A model generated the notes under the pieces. That model ran no database searches and was not told the origin of the DNA. It saw only the letters and a list, made by a program, of their open reading frames with translations. Shown piece by piece: positions 51,036 to 60,946 of a DNA stretch of 64,000 bases. A program made the translations under genes and the position numbers. Position 1 is the stretch's first letter. Each line of letters begins with the position of its first letter. The stretch spans positions 76,786-140,785 of the forward strand of contig JBBEAY010000023.1 in the NCBI GenBank assembly GCA_040882605.1, in the 5' to 3' direction. The DNA is from Actinomycetota bacterium. Lineage in GTDB: Bacteria; Actinomycetota; UBA4738; HRBIN12.

Positions 51036-52145
51036 TCATCTGGCGCGGAGTCGGTAGATCGAGCTGGAGTCACTGAAGTAGATGCTGCCGTTGGGACCGA
51101 CTTCCATGGAAAGGATCGAACCGCCGGGCACGGTGAGCATCGTGACCGGTCCGCTCGCAACGTCGTCGCGCGCCGCGTCGAGCACGACCCTGCGCAGCAG
51201 CCCCCCATCGCAGCAGGCACCGAAGAGCAGGTCACCCTCACGCCCGGGAAGCCCGCACCCGTTGCAGAACGCGGCGCCGGTGATGCCGATCGGGCTCGAG
51301 AAGTTGACCTCGGGCTGGCGTCGCGGGGCCGGCCCGTCCTGGTTCGTGTCGGGGCAGCTCTGGCTCGACCCCCACGCGTAGTTGTCGCCGGCCCGCACGA
51401 GGTTGATCTCGTCGTTGCACTCGGGGCCGTTCTCGGTCTCCCATAGGTCACCGGTCTCGGGGTCGAACGTGAATCCGAACGAGTTGCGGATGCCGTAGGC
51501 GAAGATCCGGCTGCGCCTGCCGTCGATCATCGGGTTCGTGACGGGCGCCGAGCCGTCGGGGTTCATGCGCAAGATCTTGCCGCGAAGGTTGCCGGTGAGA
51601 TCCTGGGCGTTCGCGGCGGAATGTCCATCGCCGACGATCGCGTAGAGCTTGCCGTCGGGGCCGAACGCGATGCGTCCGCCGTTGTGATAGGGGCTCGAGC
51701 TTGCGGGCGTCGACAGGATCGTGGTAAATGCCACTCCCTTCCCGTTCCGCTCGCGGATGCGCACGATCTGGTTGCGCAGCTTGCCGTTGATCGAGCGCGT
51801 GACGTACACGTAGACGAACGGCTTGCGGGGCCAGTTCGGATGCAACGCCACGCCGAGCGTGCCACGTTCGCCGTCTCCGTTCACACCCTTGATATCGAAG
51901 AACCGACGGTCGAAGCCGGTCTTCGGGTTGCGGAAACGCACCTCGCCGGTGCCGCGCTCGAGGTAGACGATCGCCCCGTTGGGCGTGAACGTGAACGCGG
52001 CGGATCCGTTGAGGCCGCCGGCAACCTTTACGACCCGCACGCCGCCGCCGGCCGTCGCAGGGTTGGCCGCGGTCGCGGCGATCAGCGAGACGCCGAGCGC
52101 GATCGTCAGCAGCCGCGTGATGGTGCGCAGGTGTTGATGTGCCAT
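51036..52145 (-). CDS. PQQ-dependent sugar (glucose/sorbosone) dehydrogenase, secreted
   Basis: Signal peptide, then GERGTLGVALHP, YHNGGRIAFGPDGKLY, GKILRMNPDG, AYGIRNSFGFTFDP and GPECNDEIN. GAAGAGGAGA RBS. Confidence 0.88.
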   Translation of the reverse strand: MAHQHLRTITRLLTIALGVSLIAATAANPATAGGGVRVVKVAGGLNGSAAFTFTPNGAIVYLERGTGEVRFRNPKTGFDRRFFDIKGVNGDGERGTLGVALHPNWPRKPFVYVYVTRSINGKLRNQIVRIRERNGKGVAFTTILSTPASSSPYHNGGRIAFGPDGKLYAIVGDGHSAANAQDLTGNLRGKILRMNPDGSAPVTNPMIDGRRSRIFAYGIRNSFGFTFDPETGDLWETENGPECNDEINLVRAGDNYAWGSSQSCPDTNQDGPAPRRQPEVNFSSPIGITGAAFCNGCGLPGREGDLLFGACCDGGLLRRVVLDAARDDVASGPVTMLTVPGGSILSMEVGPNGSIYFSDSSSIYRLRAR

Positions 52146-52168
52146 GTGGTCGTTCTCCTCTTCGTGTG

Positions 52169-53293
52169 TCATGCGGGCGTCAGCCGGTAGATGCCCTGCC
52201 CGTCGCTGAAGTAGATGCGGCCGTCGGGTGCGACTTCCATGGAATACACGGGTCCGGTGTAGTTCGTCATCGGCACCGTTGCCGGAGGCGAGGCGAGCGA
52301 CCAGCGCCCGGCGTCGAGAGAGGCGTGCATCACCGGGCCGACGGTTGCCTTGCAGTTGCCGTTCGCACACCCCGTGAACAGATCGCCCTGGTAGGAATCA
52401 CCGAGGCCGCAGCCGTCGCAGAACGCTGCGCCCGTGATGGCCACGGTGTCGGCGAACGTGAACCGTGGAAGCCGCTTCGGATCGGGGCCGTCGAGGTTCG
52501 TGTCTTCGGGCTGGGCAGGAGAGCCGCAGGCCTGGGTGGGCCCCCATGCGAAGTTGCCCCCTTCGACGATGCGGTTCAGCTCATCGTTGCACTCGGGGCC
52601 GTTCTCGCTCTGCCACATGCGTCCGGTGGCGGGGTCGAACGCGAAGTCGATCGAGTTGCGGTGCCCGAACGACCACACCAGCGAGCCGAACGGGTTCGAT
52701 GCCGGCGCCGAGCCGTCAGGGTTCAAGCGCAGGATCTTGCCCCGCGACTCGTCGGCGAGCGTCTGCGCCGTCGCAGGATCCTCGCCTCCGTCGCCGATCA
52801 CCACGCAGAGCTTGGCGTTGGGACCGAACGCGATGCGCCCGCCGTTGTGGTTGGCGCGCGATCCGATCGGAGAGTTCAGCAGCACCGCGCGCCCGACCAC
52901 TCGCCCGCCGTTCATGCGCAGACGCAGGAGTTGGTTCCGAAGACCCCCGTTCGCCGGCGTACGCGAGACGTACACGTAGACGAAAGGCATCTGCGGCCAG
53001 CGGGGGTGCAGGGCCACGCCGAGGGCGCCGCGTTCACCGTCGGAGCTCACCCCCGTGATGCGGTGCCAAAGGCGGTCGCGACCCGTGCGCGCATCGAGCT
53101 GGCGAAGCTCGCCGGTCGCGCGTTCGAGATAGATGATGCGTCCGTTCGGGGCGAACGTGAACCCGATGGGCTGATCGAGCGCGGCGACCGTGACCACCCG
53201 TACCGGTGGGGTTGTGCCCCCCGCGAGTGCGGGTGAGGCGAGGGTCGCGATCACGCCGAGCGCGAGCGTCAGCGCGATCAGGTGCTGCCGAAC
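52169..53293 (-). CDS. PQQ-dependent sugar dehydrogenase, tandem paralogue; start codon unresolved
   Basis: Same motif set (GERGALGVALHP, NHNGGRIAFGPNAKL, GKILRLNPDG, GHRNSIDFAFDP). No ATG, GTG or TTG lies in frame near the signal peptide (..RPHVRQHLIALTLALGV..). Confidence 0.75.
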   Translation of the reverse strand, partial: VRQHLIALTLALGVIATLASPALAGGTTPPVRVVTVAALDQPIGFTFAPNGRIIYLERATGELRQLDARTGRDRLWHRITGVSSDGERGALGVALHPRWPQMPFVYVYVSRTPANGGLRNQLLRLRMNGGRVVGRAVLLNSPIGSRANHNGGRIAFGPNAKLCVVIGDGGEDPATAQTLADESRGKILRLNPDGSAPASNPFGSLVWSFGHRNSIDFAFDPATGRMWQSENGPECNDELNRIVEGGNFAWGPTQACGSPAQPEDTNLDGPDPKRLPRFTFADTVAITGAAFCDGCGLGDSYQGDLFTGCANGNCKATVGPVMHASLDAGRWSLASPPATVPMTNYTGPVYSMEVAPDGRIYFSDGQGIYRLTPA

Positions 53294-53323
53294 ATGTGGC
53301 CGGAGATGTCGCCAAAGATGTGA

Positions 53324-55675
53324 ATGGTACGTCCGGATACGTCTTCCCCCTCTGGGAGCATGGCTCCCGTGACGACGCTTCCTCCGTCGATGTTCGGCGT
53401 CCCGGCCCTGCGCTCTGAAGACCCGAGGTTCCTCACCGGGCGGGGCCGCTACGTCGAGAACTTGACGATCGAAGGTGCGCTCCGGGCCGTATTCGCTCGT
53501 TCCATCATGCCGCATGCCGGCCTGAACGTGGTGGAGACAGCAGCCGCGCGAGCCATGCCGGGCGTCGTGGGCGTGTTTACGGCCCCCGATCTCGCCCTCG
53601 CTCGCATGCCGCCGAGTGGCAACGTGGAAGGCGCCACCGGCACGCTCGAGGGCCCGTTCGGACGAGAGGTGCTGGCTCGAGACGTAGTGCGGTTCGTGGG
53701 AGAGCCGATCGCGCTCATCGTGGCCGACACGCTCTCCCACGCCGAGGATGCCGCCGAGGTCGTGGCCGGGGACTACGAACCGCTCGATGCCGTCACCGAT
53801 GTGGAAGCCGCGCTCGCCGACGGAGCGCCACTGCTCTGGCCCGAGCACGGCTCGAACGTCGCGGCTTCGTTCTCGACGAGCTGGGACGACGACGTGCTCG
53901 CCGGGGCCGACGTCGTCGCGCGCGGCCGGTTCGTGAACCAGCGCCTCGCCCCCGTGCCCATGGAAGGCAACGCGATCGCGGTCGAGCCTCACGGCGACGG
54001 CACCTACACGGTATGGGTGTCGACCCAGATCCCGTTCGACGTGCGCGACGACCTCGCCGAGGCGCTCGACGTCGACAAGCAGGCCGTTCGCACGATCGCT
54101 CCCGATGTAGGCGGTGGCTTCGGCGCCAAGCTGCAGGTCTACCCCGAGTACCTGGCGGTCGCGGCCGCCGCCGCTCGGCTCGGCCGGCCGGTACGCTGGA
54201 TCGAGTCACGCTCCGAGGGCATGGTCGCCCTCACCCACGGCCGCGCGCAGGTGCAGCACGTCGAGATCGGTGCTCGTCGCGACGGCACGATCGTCGGTCT
54301 GCGCGCCGACCTGATCGCCGACATGGGCGCGTATCCGATCGGAGCGTTCCTGCCGAACACCACCCAGGAGATGCTCTCTGGCGTCTATGCGATCGCGCGC
54401 ATCGCCTCGCGCGGGCGAAGCGTCGTCACGAACGCGACGCCGGTCGCGCCCTATCGAGGGGCGGGAAGACCTGAGGCCACCGCCTTGATCGAGCGCGCCG
54501 TCGACCTGGTGGCCGCCGAGCTCGGCATGGACCCCATCGAGATCCGCCGTAAGAACCTGATCCCGCCCGAGGCGTTCCCCTACCGGACGGCGTCGGGCAC
54601 CGTCTACGACGTGGGCGACTACGAGCGAGCGCTGGGCGAGGCGCTGCGGCTCGCCGGGTACGACGCCCTTCGCGCCGAGCAAGCCGCCCGCAGGCAACGC
54701 GGGGACCACCTCGCGCTCGGCATCGGCGTCGCCACCTACGTCGAGATCACGTCGTTCAGCTCGAAGGAGTTCGCCTCGGTCGAGATCCACGCTGACGGCG
54801 CGGTGACCGTGGAGACCGGCACGTCGCCGCACGGCCAGGGCCACGAGACCGCCTTCGCGCAACTCGCGTCGGGGGTGCTCGGCGTGGCGTTCGAGGCTAT
54901 CCGGGTGGTGCATTCCGACACAGGCCTCGTGAAGCGTGGCGCCGGCACCTGGGGCTCGCGGTCGCTACAGGCCGGAGGATCGTCGGTGTTCGAGCGCAGC
55001 GGCGAGGTCCTCGACAAGGCGAGGGCGCTCGCTGCCCATCTGCTGGAAGCGGACGGCACCGACCTGGAGCTCGCTCACGGCCAAGGGTTCGCCGTGCGTG
55101 GCGCCCCGGAACGAGTGATCTCCCTCTCCGAGCTTGCCGTGGCCGCCGCGGACCCCTCACGGCTTCCGCCCGGCATGGAAGCGGGGCTGCGCGCCGAGGG
55201 CGTTTACCGCGAGCCGGCCTCCACGTTCCCCTTCGGGGCGCACGTGGCCGTGGTCGAGGTCGACACCGAGACCGGCGATGTGCGCCTCGTGCGCCACGTG
55301 GCGGTCGACGACTGCGGCCGCGTGCTGAACCCCGCGCTCGTCGAGGGTCAGGTGCACGGCGGGCTCGCGCAAGGCATCGCGCAGGCCCTGTACGAAGAGG
55401 TGCGTTACGACGATGACGGCAATCCGATGACCTCGACGCTCACGACCTACGCGATGCCGAGCGCAGCCGAATTCCCGCACTTTGAGACGATGCGTACCGA
55501 GACGCCGACGCCGGTGAATCCCCTCGGTGTGAAGGGCATCGGCGAGTCGGCCACGATCGGCTCGACCCCCGCCGTGCAGAACGCCGTGATCGATGCGCTG
55601 TCGCCGTGGGGTGTGCGACACCTCGACCTTCCCTTCACGCCCGAGCGCGTCTGGCGCGCGCTCCGCAGCGCGTAG
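53324..55675 (+). CDS. xanthine dehydrogenase/CoxL-family molybdopterin-binding large subunit
   Basis: Contains RSEDPRFLTGRGRYVENL, APDVGGGFGAKL and YRGAGRPEA. The start is uncertain (ATG at 53324, 53360 or 53390). No FAD or [2Fe-2S] subunit genes are adjacent. Confidence 0.88.
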   Translation: MVRPDTSSPSGSMAPVTTLPPSMFGVPALRSEDPRFLTGRGRYVENLTIEGALRAVFARSIMPHAGLNVVETAAARAMPGVVGVFTAPDLALARMPPSGNVEGATGTLEGPFGREVLARDVVRFVGEPIALIVADTLSHAEDAAEVVAGDYEPLDAVTDVEAALADGAPLLWPEHGSNVAASFSTSWDDDVLAGADVVARGRFVNQRLAPVPMEGNAIAVEPHGDGTYTVWVSTQIPFDVRDDLAEALDVDKQAVRTIAPDVGGGFGAKLQVYPEYLAVAAAAARLGRPVRWIESRSEGMVALTHGRAQVQHVEIGARRDGTIVGLRADLIADMGAYPIGAFLPNTTQEMLSGVYAIARIASRGRSVVTNATPVAPYRGAGRPEATALIERAVDLVAAELGMDPIEIRRKNLIPPEAFPYRTASGTVYDVGDYERALGEALRLAGYDALRAEQAARRQRGDHLALGIGVATYVEITSFSSKEFASVEIHADGAVTVETGTSPHGQGHETAFAQLASGVLGVAFEAIRVVHSDTGLVKRGAGTWGSRSLQAGGSSVFERSGEVLDKARALAAHLLEADGTDLELAHGQGFAVRGAPERVISLSELAVAAADPSRLPPGMEAGLRAEGVYREPASTFPFGAHVAVVEVDTETGDVRLVRHVAVDDCGRVLNPALVEGQVHGGLAQGIAQALYEEVRYDDDGNPMTSTLTTYAMPSAAEFPHFETMRTETPTPVNPLGVKGIGESATIGSTPAVQNAVIDALSPWGVRHLDLPFTPERVWRALRSA

Positions 55676-55714
55676 GCGGTGACCCAACCGGTTGTGCCGG
55701 GTAGGCTCGCGAAC

Positions 55715-57523
55715 ATGACCGATCACATACCTGCGTGGGAGCGGCGCTTCCGCGCTCCGAACGTGTCGTTGCCGCGCTGGGCTGGGCACTCGCCCGAACG
55801 TCTCGTCTTCTGGAGCACCGAGAGCGGGGTCTACCAGGTGCACGTCTGGGACCGCGCGACCGGCGAGCGCCGGCAGGTGACCGATCACCCCGTCGGTGTG
55901 CTCGCGGGCGCGCTCACCCTCGACGGTGAGCGCGTGCTCTTCTGGCAGGACGAGACCGGCAGCGAGGCGGGTCAGTGGTACGCCGAGCCGTTCGCGGGCG
56001 GTGACGCCGAGCCCTTCCTCACCGGCGTGGCGCAGGGGTGGCACCAGGGCCTCACCCAGGCGCCGGACGTGGTCGCAGCCGGCATCAGCGATGCCGACGG
56101 CTTCGCGATCTACGTCTCGGCCGACGGCGAGCCCGCGAAAGAGATCTGGCGCAGCACCGAGGCGATCTCGATCGGCGGCGCGGAATCCGGTCGCGACGGC
56201 GAGGGCGGCCTCTCCGCCGATGGATCGATGCTCGCGCTGGAGCACGCCGAGCACGGCGACAGCATGCATCCGGCGCTGCGGGTGGTCGACCCGCGCACGG
56301 GCTCGGTGATCGCCGAGCAGGTCGACGAGGGAATGGCGCTGCATGCTTCGTGCTGGTCGCCCATCGTCGGTGATCAGCGGCTCGCCGTGACCCACGAGCG
56401 CGAGGGCGAGGAACGCCCCGCGATCTGGAACGTCGCCACCGGCACATGGACCGTGCTCGATCTCGGCCTCGACGGCCCGGTCGAGGTGGTCGCGTGGTGG
56501 CCCGACGCGTCGGCGGTGCTCGTCGCGCACAACGATGAGGGACGCGACCGGCTGTATCGATACGAGCTCGAGGCGGCGACGCTCACCCCGATCGAGCACG
56601 GAGCCGGCTCGATCGGCGGCGCTCAGGTGCGCCCCGACGGCGACGTCTGGTTTTGGCTCGCCAGTGGGGAACGCCCGCCTGTCTCGCTCGACTCCGCCGG
56701 CGCCGAAGTGGTGCGCGCACAAGGTGATCGCGCACCGGCCGGCCGGCCCTTCCACTCCTGGCATTTCGACAACGGCGAGGGCGACCGGGTGCACGGGTTC
56801 TACGTGACGCCCGAAGGCGACGGACCCTTCCCCGTGATGATGTTCGTGCACGGAGGTCCCACCGGCCAGGACACCGATTCGTGGGACCCGGAGGTGCTCG
56901 CCTACGTCGACATGGGCTTCGCGGTCGGCATGGTGAACTACCGCGGGTCGACGGGGTACGGCCGCGCATGGCGTGACCGGCTGATCGGCGACATCGGCGG
57001 CCCCGAGCTCGTCGACGTGAACGCCGGGCTCGCCGATCTCGTCACGCGTGGCATCGCCGATGCCGACCGAGCCGTCGTCGGCGGATGGTCCTGGGGCGGC
57101 TACATCACCCTCATGGAGCTTTGCAAGCACCCCGACATGTGGCTCGCCGGCGTGGCGGGTGTGCCCGTTGGCGACTACGCCCTCGGCTACGAGGATCTCT
57201 CACCCGAGCTGCAGGCCTACGATCGCGCGTTGCTCGGTGGAACGCCTGACCAGGTGCCCGAGCTCATGCGCGAGCGCAACCCGATCCACTTCGCCGACCA
57301 GATGAAGGCGCCCGCGATCTTCCTGATCGGAGAGAACGACTCGCGCTGTCCGTTCCGACAGGCGATGGCATTCGTCGACAAGCTGAAGGAGCGGAACCAT
57401 CCGCACGAGGTCGTGCTCTTCGGCACCGGTCACGGTTCCTACGACATCAACGAGGAAGTCGGTCAGATGCGCACGATCCTGGCGTTCCTTGCCAAGCACG
57501 TGTCCGGCGTCACCGTGCCCTAG
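55715..57523 (+). CDS. S9-family serine peptidase (prolyl oligopeptidase / acylaminoacyl-peptidase-like)
   Basis: N-terminal beta-propeller region, nucleophile elbow GGWSWGGY, and Asp/His regions GENDSRCP and GTGHGS. Confidence 0.88.
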   Translation: MTDHIPAWERRFRAPNVSLPRWAGHSPERLVFWSTESGVYQVHVWDRATGERRQVTDHPVGVLAGALTLDGERVLFWQDETGSEAGQWYAEPFAGGDAEPFLTGVAQGWHQGLTQAPDVVAAGISDADGFAIYVSADGEPAKEIWRSTEAISIGGAESGRDGEGGLSADGSMLALEHAEHGDSMHPALRVVDPRTGSVIAEQVDEGMALHASCWSPIVGDQRLAVTHEREGEERPAIWNVATGTWTVLDLGLDGPVEVVAWWPDASAVLVAHNDEGRDRLYRYELEAATLTPIEHGAGSIGGAQVRPDGDVWFWLASGERPPVSLDSAGAEVVRAQGDRAPAGRPFHSWHFDNGEGDRVHGFYVTPEGDGPFPVMMFVHGGPTGQDTDSWDPEVLAYVDMGFAVGMVNYRGSTGYGRAWRDRLIGDIGGPELVDVNAGLADLVTRGIADADRAVVGGWSWGGYITLMELCKHPDMWLAGVAGVPVGDYALGYEDLSPELQAYDRALLGGTPDQVPELMRERNPIHFADQMKAPAIFLIGENDSRCPFRQAMAFVDKLKERNHPHEVVLFGTGHGSYDINEEVGQMRTILAFLAKHVSGVTVP

Positions 57524-57588
57524 CGGGCTGACGGGCCGCGCATAGGTTCGCTCCGGTCGACGTGGCAGTTCCCGGGTAGCGTCCAACC

Positions 57589-58324
57589 ATGACGATCTTG
57601 GTGACGGGCGCGACGGGAGCGATCGGCGGGCGGCTCGTGGACCGGCTCGTTGCGGCAGGCGAGTTGCCCCGCATCGCATCGCGTGAGCCCTCGAAGTTGT
57701 TCGGCGAGGCAGCCGACGATGCGGGGGTCAAACGCCTGATCTATCTCGGAGGTTTCGGTGACGACGAGGACGACCTCTCCGAGCATCTCGAGAGCCGGCA
57801 CGAGACCGGGCGCATCCTCGCCGAGACCGGTCCGCCTCTGCTCGAGTTCCGGGCATCGATGGTCGTGAGCGCTGACAGCGCTTCCTTCACGATGCTCACC
57901 GATCTCGTGAAGCGATTGCCGGCGATGGTCGTGCCGCGCTGGGTCGACACCCCGTCGCAGCCGATCGCGATCGACGACGTGCTGAGCTACCTCGTGGCCG
58001 GCCTCGACACGCCGCTCGAGTCTGGCCGGACGATCGTCGAGATCGGCGGCCCCGATGTAACCACCTACCGCCAGATGATCGAGACCGTCGCGGCCGAGCG
58101 CGGTCGCGATCCTTTAGATCGTGGGGGTGCCGCTGCTGTCGCTGAGCCTCTCCTCGCACTGGGTGGGCCTCGTTACGTCGGTCTCGTCCGCGCTTGCGAG
58201 GCCGCTGATCGAAGGCATGACGACCCCCATGGTTGTTCGCGACGACGAGGCTCGGCGACGCTTCCCCGACATCGAGCCGATGTCGTTCGTCGACGCCCTC
58301 CGCCGCGCGCTCGCCGAGCGCTGA
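57589..58324 (+). pseudogene. NmrA/SDR-like NAD(P)H-binding protein, frameshifted and apparently internally deleted
   Basis: Rossmann motif ILVTGATGAIGGRL. The frame changes near 58100-58120: RGRDPLDRGG continues as IVGVPLLSLSLSSHWVGLVT...ALAER in the 58121-58324 frame. The stretch between the first beta-alpha-beta unit and AGVKRLIYLGG looks 55-65 aa too short. Confidence 0.65.
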
Positions 58325-58332
58325 GCGTCAGC

Positions 58333-58749
58333 GTGCGCATCTGCGTCGAGGCCCATGGTCCTGCCTCGCGAGCGGAGATCTGGGCGCGGTACGCGGATCC
58401 GAGCCGGTGGCCCCAGTGGGCTCCGCAGATCAGAGCGGTTCGTGCTGAGGGACCGCTGCATCCAGGCCTCGAAGGCGTGGTCGTGGGCCCGCTCGGGGCG
58501 AGAGCCCGGTTCTGGGTGAGGGACGTCGATGAGGCCGCCGGGCGATGGTCGTGGCGTGTACGCGGCGGCCTCGGACCGTTCGCCGTTGCGATGATCATCG
58601 AGCACCACGTCGCCGACGGCTCCGCCGCGCTCGTGATCAACGGTGCCGCTCCGGCGGTGGTGGCCTACGAGCCGATCGCCAGGTTGGGCTCGCTCGTATC
58701 GTCCGTGCATGACGTAAGGCGCTTCAGGGCAGTTGCCTTGTCGTGGTAG
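58333..58749 (+). CDS. SRPBCC/polyketide-cyclase-like small protein
   Basis: GTG start. VRICVEAHGPASRAEIWARYADPSRWPQWAPQI is a typical SRPBCC N-terminus. Confidence 0.6.
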   Translation: MRICVEAHGPASRAEIWARYADPSRWPQWAPQIRAVRAEGPLHPGLEGVVVGPLGARARFWVRDVDEAAGRWSWRVRGGLGPFAVAMIIEHHVADGSAALVINGAAPAVVAYEPIARLGSLVSSVHDVRRFRAVALSW

Positions 58750-58831
58750 GGGGTTTCGGCCGGCCGGGGCGTCGTGTAAGGATTGCGCCTCGACCGTTTT
58801 CGACCGAGCCAACTTTGGGGGCGCATACCTC

Positions 58832-60193
58832 GTGGGTGAGCACGTACGGCGGCTGATGGCCGACGTCACGGCCAAGAACGCGAACGAACCGGAGTTCCTG
58901 CAGGCGGTGAGGGAGGCGGCGGGCTCGCTCGAGCTCTGCCTCGACCGTCACCCCGAGTACCGCGAGGCCAAGGTGCTCGAGCGGCTCGTGGAGCCCGAGC
59001 GTGTGATCACGTTCCGCATCGCGTGGGTCGACGATCGCGGCGAGGTCCAGGTGAATCGTGGCCATCGCGTGGAGATGTCGAGCGCCATCGGCCCGTACAA
59101 AGGCGGGCTGCGGTTCCACCCCACGGTGTATCTCGGCATGCTGAAGTTCCTCGCGTTCGAACAGGTGTTCAAGAACGCGCTCACGACGCTTCCGCTTGGC
59201 GCAGGAAAAGGGGGCGCGGACTTCGACCCCAAGGGCAAGAGCGAGCAGGAGGTCATGCGATTCTGCCAGGCGTTCATGACCGAGCTGTACCGCCACATCG
59301 GTTCGCACACCGACGTGCCGGCCGGCGACATCGGTGTGGGCAGCCGTGAGATCGGCTACCTGTTCGGGCAGTACAAGCGCATCACGAACGAGTTCACGGG
59401 TGCGATCACGGGCAAGGGGCTCGAGTGGGGAGGCTCTCTGATCCGACCAGAAGCGACCGGTTACGGCGCCGTCTACTTCGCCCAGGAGATGCTCGCGACG
59501 CGCGAGGGCTCGCTCGAGGGCAAGACGTGCCTCGTGAGCGGTTCCGGCAACGTCGCGCAGTACACCGTGGAGAAGCTGCTGCACCTCGGCGCGAAGCCGG
59601 TCACCCTGTCGGACTCGGGTGGGTTCGTGCACGACCCCGACGGCATCGACGAGGAGAAGCTCGCCTGGGTCATGGACCTGAAGAACACGCAGCGTGGTCG
59701 CATCATGGCCTATGCCGATCGCTTCCCCCGCGCGACGTTCACGCCGGCAGACCCCTCGGACGACCGGAACCCACTGTGGGAGGTGCCGGCCGAGTGCGCG
59801 TTCCCGAGTGCGACGCAGAACGAGATCAACGGCAAGGACGCCGCGAACCTGATCTCCAACGGCGTGTTCGTGGTGAGCGAGGGCGCGAACATGCCTACGG
59901 TGCCCGAAGGCGTCGACCAGTTCGTCACCGCGGGCGTGCTCTACGGTCCGGGCAAGGCCGCGAACGCCGGCGGGGTCGCGGTGAGCGGGCTCGAGATGTC
60001 GCAGAACGCGATGCGCCTGTCGTGGACGCGAGAGGGCGTCGACGAGCGTCTGCGCGAGATCATGCGACGCATCCACGGGCAGTGTCGCGACACCGCCGAG
60101 GAGTACGGGGAACCGGGCCACTACGTGCACGGCGCGAACATCGCCGGCTTCAGCAAGGTGGCAGACGCGATGCTCGCCCAAGGCGTGATCTAG
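58832..60193 (+). CDS. gdhA: NADP-specific glutamate dehydrogenase
   Basis: Contains EPEFLQAVREA, GPYKGGLRFHP and LPLGAGKGGADFDPKGKS. The GTG at 58832 gives a normal-length N-terminus (an alternative ATG lies at 58856). Confidence 0.95.
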   Translation: MGEHVRRLMADVTAKNANEPEFLQAVREAAGSLELCLDRHPEYREAKVLERLVEPERVITFRIAWVDDRGEVQVNRGHRVEMSSAIGPYKGGLRFHPTVYLGMLKFLAFEQVFKNALTTLPLGAGKGGADFDPKGKSEQEVMRFCQAFMTELYRHIGSHTDVPAGDIGVGSREIGYLFGQYKRITNEFTGAITGKGLEWGGSLIRPEATGYGAVYFAQEMLATREGSLEGKTCLVSGSGNVAQYTVEKLLHLGAKPVTLSDSGGFVHDPDGIDEEKLAWVMDLKNTQRGRIMAYADRFPRATFTPADPSDDRNPLWEVPAECAFPSATQNEINGKDAANLISNGVFVVSEGANMPTVPEGVDQFVTAGVLYGPGKAANAGGVAVSGLEMSQNAMRLSWTREGVDERLREIMRRIHGQCRDTAEEYGEPGHYVHGANIAGFSKVADAMLAQGVI

Positions 60194-60262
60194 CCTGTTT
60201 TCGCTGCGCTACCGCTTCGCTGCTTGAGCTCGTTCTCGTGTGACCGCTGTTAGCGTGGGTTC

Positions 60263-60526
60263 GTGCCTGACTGGTTGCTCGTCATCACCGCGATCTTGGT
60301 GGGTGCGCTGATCTGGCGCATCGGCATCGCGTCGTTGCGCGTGTTCTCACCCGATCCGGGCGTCGAGCCGGCGCCCGCCGAGCCCGAGGACGTCGAAGCC
60401 CTCGAGGTCTACTTCGTCTGCGGGGAATGCGGCACGGAGCTCAAGGTGTCGCGCCTGGGTGAGATGCAGATCCCTCGCCACTGCGGCGAGAGGATGCAGG
60501 TCGTCCGTCGTCCGGCCGGCATCTGA
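60263..60526 (+). CDS. small membrane-anchored zinc-ribbon protein
   Basis: N-terminal TM helix, then CGECG...HCG. 87 aa. Confidence 0.5.
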   Translation: MPDWLLVITAILVGALIWRIGIASLRVFSPDPGVEPAPAEPEDVEALEVYFVCGECGTELKVSRLGEMQIPRHCGERMQVVRRPAGI

Positions 60527-60594
60527 TCGCTTCTCGAACGAGCTTTCCTCATGCACGTCAAGGAACCGGGAACTCAGGTGGAAGAGGCAGAGCG

Positions 60595-60625
60595 TTGTCC
60601 ACACGGTGGATAACGCTGTGGAAGA
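60595..60625. promoter_or_regulatory. cluster of DnaA-box-like 9-mers between two convergent genes
   Basis: TTGTCCACA (60595-60603, + strand, a perfect match to the actinobacterial consensus). TTATCCACC lies on the - strand at 60605-60613 and TCTTCCACA on the - strand at 60617-60625. A weaker TCTTCCACC lies on the - strand at 60577-60585. Confidence 0.4.
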
Positions 60626-60685
60626 TCACATCCGTGTGATTCTCGGCGCATGTCGGCTCGAGGGGCGCGAAGCTCCGTGATCGGG

Positions 60686-60946
60686 TCAGTACCAGAAACT
60701 GGTGCCCACGAAACCTGCGCCGAGGATGCCGAGCCCGATCCAGAGCCAGGCCGACGAGGCGACTTCGTCGGTGCCGGGGATCACGCCCATGTAGTTCGCC
60801 ACGATCACGACCACGCCGAGCGCCATCAGCCCGATCAGTAGGGGGCCGTACCACCGAGGGCTCGACCGGTGTCGCTTCTTGGCTTGCTGCGGCGTGGCGC
60901 GGTAGCGCGGGGTAGATCGCTTCTGGCGACCCTTGGACTTCGGCAT
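60686..60946 (-). CDS. crgA: cell division protein CrgA
   Basis: MPKSKGRQKRSTPRY...SPRWYGPLLIGLMALGVVVIVANYMG...WLWIGLGILGAGFVGTSFWY is the typical two-TM CrgA. Confidence 0.85.
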   Translation of the reverse strand: MPKSKGRQKRSTPRYRATPQQAKKRHRSSPRWYGPLLIGLMALGVVVIVANYMGVIPGTDEVASSAWLWIGLGILGAGFVGTSFWY

